Shown here in pieces: positions 47,455-55,671 of a stretch of DNA of 55,671 nucleotides (positions are counted from its first letter, which is position 1; every line of letters begins with the position of its first letter). The stretch spans positions 1 through 55,671 of the forward strand of contig JANXRS010000172.1 in NCBI GenBank assembly GCA_025356745.1, given 5' to 3'. Position numbers and translations under genes: made by a program. The DNA comes from Arcicella sp. GTDB lineage: Bacteria; Bacteroidota; Bacteroidia; Cytophagales; Spirosomataceae. The notes beneath the pieces were generated by a model, which had not been told where the DNA came from, did no database searches, and saw only the letters and a list, made by a program, of their open reading frames with translations.

Positions 47455-48186
47455 CTAAAAACCAATTACTAAATTTCCGCCCATTGTATTACCATCGTAA
47501 GTAGGCACGAAAACAACCTTTTTATTGCCTCCTTTTCCACCTAATTTTTCTTTCAACCAAGGATAAACAATGTAAGCAACTTCTCCAGAAATTATCCCAA
47601 TTCCTGCCCCCACAAGTACATCTGATGCCCAATGGCGGTTGTTTAAAACCCTCAATGCACCCGTTGCCACTGCCACAGAATAGCCTCCAATGGCAATCAA
47701 AATGCTTTTATCAGCATACTCTTTTGCCAAAATAGTGGCTCCGAAAAAAGCATTCGCTGTGTGTCCAGAAGGAAATGAATTATCTGCCGAACCATCGGGA
47801 CGAACTTGGTTTGTTGTTTGTTTCAAAGTCATGACCGTTCCAAACATAATAATACTCCCCGTCAGTACCAGACCCACTTTATCCTTAAAATCATGCTTAC
47901 TTTTAATCCCAATCCAGTCTAAACCAAAAACAGCGGCGTAAGGAGCATATTGAAGAAAATCATCCGCTTTTGTACGGAAATCTTTATAATTTTCGTTGTG
48001 CCAAAGGGTTTGTTTGTTTTTAAAATCTTGATTATTAACTGCAATTCCCCCACCAATAAGAATGGCAGGAATAATGTAATGAGTGATTGAAGCTTTATGA
48101 AAAGTGGAATCGTGGTCATGATTTTGACCAATAATTGGCAATAAAATTTTAAAACTTAAGACGATAGTAAGGATTGATTTTTTCAA
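47455..48186 (-). CDS. PAP2 family phosphatase
   Basis: K......RP, SFPSGH and R..NNRHWASDV motifs; TTG start. Confidence 0.88.
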   Translation of the reverse strand: MKKSILTIVLSFKILLPIIGQNHDHDSTFHKASITHYIIPAILIGGGIAVNNQDFKNKQTLWHNENYKDFRTKADDFLQYAPYAAVFGLDWIGIKSKHDFKDKVGLVLTGSIIMFGTVMTLKQTTNQVRPDGSADNSFPSGHTANAFFGATILAKEYADKSILIAIGGYSVAVATGALRVLNNRHWASDVLVGAGIGIISGEVAYIVYPWLKEKLGGKGGNKKVVFVPTYDGNTMGGNLVIGF

Positions 48187-48203
48187 AATATTTTGGGTTA
48201 TTA

Positions 48204-51200
48204 TTAATTATTTTTCACTTCAAAATTCTTCTCAACGTACTCAGAAGGAGCTTTTCCGTATTGTTTTTTAAACATTCTACTAAAATATGAAGGGTCATTG
48301 AAACCCACTTTATAGGCAACTTCAGCGATATTAAAATTTTCACTTTCTAATAATTGCACGGCCTTTTTCAAACGAATATTTTTGATAAATTCATTCCCAG
48401 AAAGGTTTGTTAAACTCTTCAATTTACGATACATCTGCATATTACTCATTTTTAACTCTTCTTCCAACAACGTAATATCAAGATTAGCATTACTTATGTT
48501 TTCTTCCACAATCTTAATAGCACGTTTTAAAAAATGTTCATCTGATGAATTGAGCGTAATTTCTCTGGTTTTTATCTTAGGTGAATCATTAAATAATTCA
48601 CGAAGTTTTTTGCGATTTTCCAGAATATTTTTTACTCTTACTTCCAATAAGTTAGCATTGAATGGTTTAGTAATGTAATCATCCGCTCCCGTTTCTAAGC
48701 CCATAATTTTACTTTCATTACTACTCTTTGAGGTCAAGATTATCACAGGAATATGACTCGTTTTGGCATTGGTTTTAATATTTTCACAAAGTTCTACTCC
48801 TGTCATTAAAGGCATCAGCCAGTCTGAAATAATTAAATCTGGTAGATTTTCTTGGGCAAGTTTTAACGCATAAAGACCATTCTCAGCTTCAAGAATTTGA
48901 AATTCATTAATAAAAATTTCTTTGATATAATCCCTTAAATCTTCATTATCTTCTGCAATTAATAATACTTGTTTATGCTTATCAACGACTTCAATATCCT
49001 GACTGCCAAAAGTTTGAGACATTTTTTTTGGTGGAAAATCTTTATTTTCACCTACATTAATACCCTCCACAATCCATTGAATATCAAAGGCATTTTTCGA
49101 GATAGGAAGATAAACAGAAAAAGTCGTTTCTTCTCCTAATTTACTACTCACTAAAATTTCTCCCCGATGTAATTCCACCAGTTCCTTGCATAAGGCTAAG
49201 CCCACACCAGTGCCAATAACTTGCGGTTGATTTTTATCTTGAACTTGATAAAACCGGTTAAAAATATTTTGTAAATTTTCGGGGGCTATCCCAATTCCTG
49301 TATCAATAACTTTAATAATAATTTGCTGACTGTCAGAGGGATTAATCTTTAATACAACCTTAATTTTCCCACCTTCTTTTGAAAATTTAAAAGCATTTGA
49401 AAGCAGATTAGTTAGGATTTTCTCAACAATATCACCATCAAAATAAGCCATTAAATAACCTTCGGAAGATTGAAATTGAAGTTGAATATTTTTTTGTTCC
49501 GCCAAATCTTGAAACGAATTTATTATTTTTTCAGCAAATTCAATGATGTTGCTTTGTGTTATTTCGGGAAAGAGTCTGCCTGCTTCCAATTTCGATAAAT
49601 CAAGCAATTGATTAATGAGTTTTTGCAGTTGTTTTGCATTTCTGTAAATGGATTCTGCTCTTTTGCGTTGTTTACTCGTCAAATCAGCATTTTCCGACAA
49701 GTATTTCTCCAGTGGACTGATGATTAAGGTTAAAGGAGTTCTGAACTCGTGCGAAATATTGGTAAAAAAGTTGGTTTTTAATTGGTCTAATGCCTGTATT
49801 TGTTGGTTTTCTCTTTCTTGTAATTTAATGTCAGATTTAAGACGTTCACGCACCTGAATTACTTTTCGGAGAGCATAAATACTAGCGATAATCAAGCCTC
49901 CATATATCCAAAAAGCCCACCAAGTTTTATACCAAGGTGGCAGAATAATAATTTTCATGGTTGCCTGTTGCGGATTCCACACACCATCATTATTACTGGC
50001 TTTTACCCTAAAAATATACTCTCCAGCGTTCAAATTGGTATAACTGGCAATTCTCTGAGTACCCACATTTTGCCAATCATTATCGAAGCCTTCCAAAATA
50101 TAGGCGTATTGATTATTTTTCAAAGATTCAAAGTCAAGGGCTGTAAACTCAAGGGAAAAAACGTTCTGGTTTGCTCCAAAAATGAGTTCTTCAGTTTCCA
50201 AAATATCTTTTTGAAGCGGCGAGTCTTTTTGTCCAGCAACCACGGCTTTGTTGAATAGTTTAATGCCCGTAATATAAACGGGAGGTACTTTATTACTTTC
50301 TTTCAAACTATCGGGATGAAATACATTCATGCCCCCCATTCCACCAAAAAACATTTCACCGCCTTTGTTTTGTGCATAAGCATTTATTAAAAATTCAACA
50401 CCCTGTAAACCATCCGCTTGGGAATAATTTTTGAAAGAATTACTTTTGACAATAAAATTAGAAAGTCCATTATTGGTTGCCAACCATAAATTGTGGTGCT
50501 TATCTTCCAAAATGCCTTTAATCGTATTATTTGGTAATCCATCAAGCATTGTCCAAGTTTTGAAAGTAAGCGTTTTGGGTTGAAATAAACACAAACCTCC
50601 TCCATTCGTAGCAACCCAAATACGTTTTTGGGAATCTTCAAAAATCTGAAAAACATGATTACCTTTTATGCTACCAATCTTATCAGATGGCTCAAAATGA
50701 TTGATTTGATGGTTTTTAGGGTCATATCTAAATGTCCCACTGTTATAGGAACCAATCCACAAATATCCATTACTATCTTCCAAAATAGAATTAATGTGAA
50801 TTTCTGCTAAAATACCCTTGCGATTTAAGTCTTGAATTGGCGTAAATTTCCCGGTTAGTTTATCAAAAGATAAAATACCCGCATCTTGCGTTCCGACCCA
50901 TAATTTATTTGGAACATTGGATGATTGAACACACGTCAGATTTGGGGAATATATTCCATTATCATGGCGATAATTTGAAAATTTGGAGGTTCCTTTTTTC
51001 AAAATTCTCAACCCAACGCCCCACGTTAACACAGCCAAATCACCATCCTTATCTTTATGTAAAAAATTTATATCATTGTTATTTTGAATTGTCGAACTTG
51101 AGGGGTCGTTAACAAAATGTTTGTACGAATTTGCCTTTCTATCTAACAAGGTTAAGCCGTTATTACTACCTACCCAAACTTTATTTTCGTCCTCGCAGGC

Positions 51201-52301
51201 AATTGAAGTAACTTTATCCCGTAAAAGACTTTGGTCTGCATTAATAATATGGTGGTAGAGCGTGAATTTATTGCGATTTCTAAAATGCACATTCAAGCCC
51301 GCTTCCCACGTGCCAATCCAAACATTATCGTCTCTATCCACCAATAAACCCTGAATTGCGTGCGAACTTAAACCCATTTCTGAATCTGGATTTGCCTGTA
51401 AATGAATGGTTTTTTTGAAATCTCCACGCTTAATTAAAATCACTCCACTATCCGTTCCTACCCACAGCGAACCTTCTTGGTCATAAGCCAAGGAAATAAT
51501 CAGATTATCACGGTCTATTTGGGACGGATTGTAGAGAATTTGGGTAATTTTTTGCGTAATTAAATCAATTTTGTACAAGCCATTTCCCCGTGTCCCCACC
51601 AAAATATTTCCATTATTATCCTCAAAAAAACACGAAATATGGTTTTTTTTTAAGGGTAAATTATTCTCAATTTTAAAAAAATGAGCCTTTCCATCTTTTG
51701 ATATTTGCGTAAAATACCCAAAATTACCCCCCAACCATAAGTTTTCGTGGGCATCCCGATAGATTTGTGAAATGGAGGTGGCTGAAATTGGCTTAGTTTC
51801 AAAGACTTTCCATTTTATGGTCTTGAGATTATTATCAAAATTAATGAGTCCATATTTGTAGGCAGCAACCCAAATTTGGTTATCCTTCGATACCGTTATT
51901 GAGGAAATATTCAACTTAGAAATATCCGTTTTATCATCGGTCTGCTTAAAATGGATAAAATTTCCAGAATTTTTATCCATTTTATTTACGCCTCGATCTG
52001 CCGTTCCAACCCATAAATTTCCATCGTTGTCTTCGGTAATACAGGAAATATTACTGCTGCTAATGGAGGTAGAATTGTTAAAAATATGACGATAAATGGT
52101 AAAATTATAGCCATCATATTTATTGAGTCCGTCACGAGTGGCGAACCAAATAAAACCTTTTTTATCCTGAAAAATTTTGAGAATTGTACTTTGTGAGAGA
52201 CCTTGCTTATTTCCTATGCGTTCAAAACGGAGTTGGGCAGTTGCTCCGAGTGAACAACTACAAAATAAATAACCAAAAAATATGAGTTTTCTGAAAGGCA
52301 T
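48204..52301 (-). CDS. Hybrid two-component system (beta-propeller, Y_Y_Y, HisKA, HATPase, REC, AraC)
   Basis: Repeated Dxxg.lWigT propeller motifs, YTNLNAGEY.FRVKA, SHEFRTP, DWLMP and AraC VGFNDPSYFSR. Confidence 0.95.
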   Translation of the reverse strand: MPFRKLIFFGYLFCSCSLGATAQLRFERIGNKQGLSQSTILKIFQDKKGFIWFATRDGLNKYDGYNFTIYRHIFNNSTSISSSNISCITEDNDGNLWVGTADRGVNKMDKNSGNFIHFKQTDDKTDISKLNISSITVSKDNQIWVAAYKYGLINFDNNLKTIKWKVFETKPISATSISQIYRDAHENLWLGGNFGYFTQISKDGKAHFFKIENNLPLKKNHISCFFEDNNGNILVGTRGNGLYKIDLITQKITQILYNPSQIDRDNLIISLAYDQEGSLWVGTDSGVILIKRGDFKKTIHLQANPDSEMGLSSHAIQGLLVDRDDNVWIGTWEAGLNVHFRNRNKFTLYHHIINADQSLLRDKVTSIACEDENKVWVGSNNGLTLLDRKANSYKHFVNDPSSSTIQNNNDINFLHKDKDGDLAVLTWGVGLRILKKGTSKFSNYRHDNGIYSPNLTCVQSSNVPNKLWVGTQDAGILSFDKLTGKFTPIQDLNRKGILAEIHINSILEDSNGYLWIGSYNSGTFRYDPKNHQINHFEPSDKIGSIKGNHVFQIFEDSQKRIWVATNGGGLCLFQPKTLTFKTWTMLDGLPNNTIKGILEDKHHNLWLATNNGLSNFIVKSNSFKNYSQADGLQGVEFLINAYAQNKGGEMFFGGMGGMNVFHPDSLKESNKVPPVYITGIKLFNKAVVAGQKDSPLQKDILETEELIFGANQNVFSLEFTALDFESLKNNQYAYILEGFDNDWQNVGTQRIASYTNLNAGEYIFRVKASNNDGVWNPQQATMKIIILPPWYKTWWAFWIYGGLIIASIYALRKVIQVRERLKSDIKLQERENQQIQALDQLKTNFFTNISHEFRTPLTLIISPLEKYLSENADLTSKQRKRAESIYRNAKQLQKLINQLLDLSKLEAGRLFPEITQSNIIEFAEKIINSFQDLAEQKNIQLQFQSSEGYLMAYFDGDIVEKILTNLLSNAFKFSKEGGKIKVVLKINPSDSQQIIIKVIDTGIGIAPENLQNIFNRFYQVQDKNQPQVIGTGVGLALCKELVELHRGEILVSSKLGEETTFSVYLPISKNAFDIQWIVEGINVGENKDFPPKKMSQTFGSQDIEVVDKHKQVLLIAEDNEDLRDYIKEIFINEFQILEAENGLYALKLAQENLPDLIISDWLMPLMTGVELCENIKTNAKTSHIPVIILTSKSSNESKIMGLETGADDYITKPFNANLLEVRVKNILENRKKLRELFNDSPKIKTREITLNSSDEHFLKRAIKIVEENISNANLDITLLEEELKMSNMQMYRKLKSLTNLSGNEFIKNIRLKKAVQLLESENFNIAEVAYKVGFNDPSYFSRMFKKQYGKAPSEYVEKNFEVKNN

Positions 52302-52347
52302 TTCAGCCGCAATTTAACAATATTCTGGTTGATAAAAAAAGTATAAA

Positions 52348-52989
52348 TTAATTAGGAGAATGATATAACAAAAAACTGAGCAAACGCTCAAAAGTTAGCA
52401 GTTCTTCGTGCGTTGCTCCAATACGAATAAGGTTTGCTCGATGTTTATCCGTTAAATCCAAGAAATTTTCCTCGTGAATCAATTTTGCAGTTATAATTCC
52501 CTTAAAACTACGATGAACTTGATTGTAAAGATATTTGCAAGGCTTTTGGGAATATTTATTGAAAATGTCATTCAATGCCAAAAGATTATCATATTTGTTC
52601 AAAAAAGGCAAACCTTGTATAATTAAAAAGTCTTTTATAACCTCACAAACGTCTTCAATATCGGGTTCAGTCATTATTTTGTACCTAAAATATTTAGCAT
52701 CATTATATTTCCCAATTGAAACCACAATGGTGTTAGATTCACTCCAAAAATCACGGGTATTTCCTAAAAATTGTTGAGCAATCTGTTCAACTTGATTATT
52801 TCGACAACCAAAATTTACTTCTAACCAAATTTCATCATCATAAGAAGTTGCCGTAAAAATAACATTTTGAAAACCTATTGGTGTAACTTTTCGAAATTGT
52901 TTTTTATCAGCCATTAACACAAAACCTTGTTCCTTGAAAAACAGACGTAGTTTATCATAAAGCGTAATTTCGAATGGTTTTACGAGCAT
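52348..52989 (-). CDS. Hypothetical protein
   Basis: 213-222-aa ORF co-oriented with the HTCS; start either 52989 or 53016. Confidence 0.7.
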   Translation of the reverse strand: MLVKPFEITLYDKLRLFFKEQGFVLMADKKQFRKVTPIGFQNVIFTATSYDDEIWLEVNFGCRNNQVEQIAQQFLGNTRDFWSESNTIVVSIGKYNDAKYFRYKIMTEPDIEDVCEVIKDFLIIQGLPFLNKYDNLLALNDIFNKYSQKPCKYLYNQVHRSFKGIITAKLIHEENFLDLTDKHRANLIRIGATHEELLTFERLLSFLLYHSPN

Positions 52990-53089
52990 AAATTTATTAT
53001 TTTTATGGAATATCAATTTTGATAATTAAACGAATTGAGCCTAAATTTGTTTTAAAAATGGGTAGGTTATACCTCAATTCAATCGCTAA

Positions 53090-53596
53090 ATGCAAAAAAT
53101 ATTAATTATTTCAGATACTCATAGTTTTCTTGACAACCGCTTGATGGAACACGTTGAATGGTGCGACCAAATTTGGCACGGAGGCGATTGGGGAAGTGTC
53201 TCACTGTCAGACACTTTGGAAGCAATTAAGCCCATTGAAGGTGTATATGGTAATATTGATGATATGACGGTTCGACAAATCTATCCAAAAATCAATCATT
53301 TTCAATGCGAAAATCTCATTGTGGGCATAACGCATATTGCTGGAGCTCCTTCCAAATATAAACCCGATGCCTTGGAGTGTTTTGCTATTCAAAAACCTAA
53401 TATTTTTGTATGCGGACATTCTCATATTTTGCAAGTGAAACGTGATTTGAATCGAGATAATATGCTTTTTATTAATCCAGGGGCGGCAGGAACGCACGGA
53501 TTTCATACTGTTCAAACGGCAATTCGTTTAAAAATTGATGGTAAGCGAGTTTTTGATGTAGAGGTTGTGGAGATGGACAGGAAAAGTCAGGGGTGA
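53090..53596 (+). CDS. Metallophosphoesterase (YfcE/MJ0936 family)
   Basis: ISDTH, HGGD, GNID, THI, GHSH and NPG motifs; TAAATTTG box at 53042-53049. Confidence 0.9.
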   Translation: MQKILIISDTHSFLDNRLMEHVEWCDQIWHGGDWGSVSLSDTLEAIKPIEGVYGNIDDMTVRQIYPKINHFQCENLIVGITHIAGAPSKYKPDALECFAIQKPNIFVCGHSHILQVKRDLNRDNMLFINPGAAGTHGFHTVQTAIRLKIDGKRVFDVEVVEMDRKSQG

Positions 53597-53680
53597 TATT
53601 TTACTCATAGCATGACTAAGCTCATAAGTTTAAAATATTGAGAGGAACAGTAATTTTTTCATGAATAGTTTTGTTAAGAA

Positions 53681-53712
53681 AATTCTTATTGGTTTTAAAA
53701 CCAATAAGAATT
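53681..53712. repeat. Perfect 32-bp palindrome
   Basis: AATTCTTATTGGTTTT|AAAACCAATAAGAATT, in a convergent gap. Confidence 0.7.
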
Positions 53713-53790
53713 AACAATGATATTAAACTCCCCAAAAGTTTAACCCACAATGGAATTGTTTCAGGAAGGTACTGTAAATTATTTAAATTA

Positions 53791-55221
53791 TTAAAAATCA
53801 GCTGATTTCGGAGTTCTTGGAAAAGGAATTACGTCACGAATATTAGTCATACCCGTTACAAACATTACTAAACGCTCAAAACCAATGCCAAAACCTGAGT
53901 GCGGAGCTGTTCCAAACTGACGAGTTTCTAAATACCACCAAATTGTATCTGAGTGGATACCTACAGCTTTCGAACGTTCCAATAATTTTTCATAATTATC
54001 TTCTCTTTGAGAACCGCCAATTATTTCACCAATGCCTGGAAAAAGTACGTCCATTGCACGAACTGTGGTTCCGTCGTCATCCAATTTCATGTAAAATGCC
54101 TTAATATCTTTAGGATAATTAGTCAAAATAACGGGTTTTTTGAAGTGTTTTTCCACTAAATAACGCTCGTGTTCCGACTGTAAATCTATACCCCATTCAA
54201 CTGGATATTGAAATTTCCCTTCTTTATGACGTTTTGATGATACTAAAATTTTAATGGCTTCGGTGTAGGTCAACTTAACGTACTCATTATCAACGACAAA
54301 GTTCAATTTTTGAATTAAATCTAACTCCGAACGTTCTTCGGCTTTCTTCGTTTTTTCTTCTTCTTTCAAACGATTTTCCAAGAAAGCCAAATCATCCGCA
54401 CAATTTTCGATGGCATAACGAATTACGTATTTCGTAAAATCCTCTGCCAATGCCATATTGTCTTCTAATTCATAAAAAGCAACTTCTGGCTCAATCATCC
54501 AAAACTCTGCTAAATGACGAGCTGTATTTGAATTCTCCGCACGAAAAGTTGGTCCAAAAGTATAAATTTTAGATAAAGCCATTGCTCCTAACTCTCCTTC
54601 CAATTGCCCTGAAACAGTCAAATTGGTTTCTTTTCCAAAGAAATCTTCTTTATAATTGATTGTACCATCCTCATTCAAAGGAGGATTCTTTGGGTCGAGG
54701 GTTGAGACTCTGAACATCTCACCAGCACCTTCCGCATCCGACCCCGTGATGATGGGCGTATGTAGATAAAAGAAACCGTTATCATTAAAATAGTTATGAA
54801 TGGCAAATGCCAAGGCATGACGAATTCTAAGAATTGCCGAAAATGTATTAGTCCGAGGGCGAAGATGGGCAATCTCACGCAAGAACTCTAAACTGTGTTT
54901 CTTAGGTTGTAAAGGATATTTTTCTGGGTCAGCAGTACCGTAAACCTGAACCGTTTTAACTTGCAATTCCACTCGTTGCCCTGAACCTTTCGACTCATTC
55001 AAAATGCCAGAAACTGCAATACAAGAGCCTGTGGTAATCAATTTCAAGGTTTCTTCATCAATTACGCCAGGTTCTGCAACGGCTTGAATATTGTGGATAA
55101 CTGAACCATCATTGATGTTTATAAAAATCACATTGGGTTGCACACGCTTGGTTCTGACCCAACCTTTAACTGTTATTTCGCTACCAACGGCAGCCTCTGC
55201 TAAAATTTGTTTGATTTGCAT
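53791..55221 (-). CDS. asnS: Asparagine--tRNA ligase
   Basis: GWVRTKR OB-fold, [16 protein letters not shown]...[18 protein letters not shown] and GFGIGFERL motifs. Confidence 0.97.
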   Translation of the reverse strand: MQIKQILAEAAVGSEITVKGWVRTKRVQPNVIFININDGSVIHNIQAVAEPGVIDEETLKLITTGSCIAVSGILNESKGSGQRVELQVKTVQVYGTADPEKYPLQPKKHSLEFLREIAHLRPRTNTFSAILRIRHALAFAIHNYFNDNGFFYLHTPIITGSDAEGAGEMFRVSTLDPKNPPLNEDGTINYKEDFFGKETNLTVSGQLEGELGAMALSKIYTFGPTFRAENSNTARHLAEFWMIEPEVAFYELEDNMALAEDFTKYVIRYAIENCADDLAFLENRLKEEEKTKKAEERSELDLIQKLNFVVDNEYVKLTYTEAIKILVSSKRHKEGKFQYPVEWGIDLQSEHERYLVEKHFKKPVILTNYPKDIKAFYMKLDDDGTTVRAMDVLFPGIGEIIGGSQREDNYEKLLERSKAVGIHSDTIWWYLETRQFGTAPHSGFGIGFERLVMFVTGMTNIRDVIPFPRTPKSADF

Positions 55222-55671
55222 TATTATGAATGTACTAATGAGTGAATATAAATGGATAAAAACCTAGTAAATTTTCTCCCCATTCATTAATTTACCAAAA
55301 TTACCAAGTTTTCATTTGTTATCATATAAAAAAATAATTCGAGTAACGCATCAATTCACATTCACTCACGCTATCGTTGCTAGTTGGTGTAACTTTTCAA
55401 TATGCTTTTCATTTAATATTTGACTTCAATTTACCTTCTTTTGATTAATAAAAATAGTCAAATCACTCAGATTAAGCAGATAATAAATTATCCATATTAA
55501 ATAAAAAATTTTAAAGTTTTGGCATTTTTTAAAAAATACAGGTTCAACGCATTTAAAAGTACAATAAAACTGCTTGGAAAAATACAAATTGAGCTTATTT
55601 TGGATAATGAAAAAAGATTCAATTTAAGATAAAACCTAAAAATGAAGTATTTATGTTAACATAAACCTAAA

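Noticed and set aside
55222-55671. T-box or riboswitch upstream of asnS
   Set aside because: No T-box or other riboswitch consensus was seen; only AT-rich DNA with weak short repeats.

Overview
This is an AT-rich, mostly core-genome segment of a Bacteroidota chromosome; Cytophagales/Spirosomaceae-like is my inference. Support comes from a SusC/SusD pair, a hybrid two-component system (HTCS), a T9SS C-terminal domain, TAnnTTTG promoter boxes and A-rich leaders without Shine-Dalgarno sites. It carries about 45 protein genes, including murA, yebC, truA, mutS, rsmA, mgtE, dtd, radA, grpE, dnaJ and asnS. I see no rRNA, tRNA, CRISPR array, transposase or integrase. Most interesting unexplained structures: (1) a candidate ~130-nt structured RNA (minus strand, ~34095-34225) in which two different stems display the same CCGCCAA loop. 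Its putative promoter region is 20/22 identical to that of an unknown 85-aa gene, which forms a face-to-face, phage-switch-like pair with an XRE regulator 3.4 kb away. (2) Pervasive degenerate 7-nt repeats form long intergenic hairpins and also appear in-frame inside MutS and a hybrid histidine kinase, where they share a GC-rich 16-mer. (3) A decayed gnd-gntK-gntP gluconate locus. (4) A T9SS cargo protein with two tandem SGNH esterase modules. All calls come from reading the sequence; no database searches were run.
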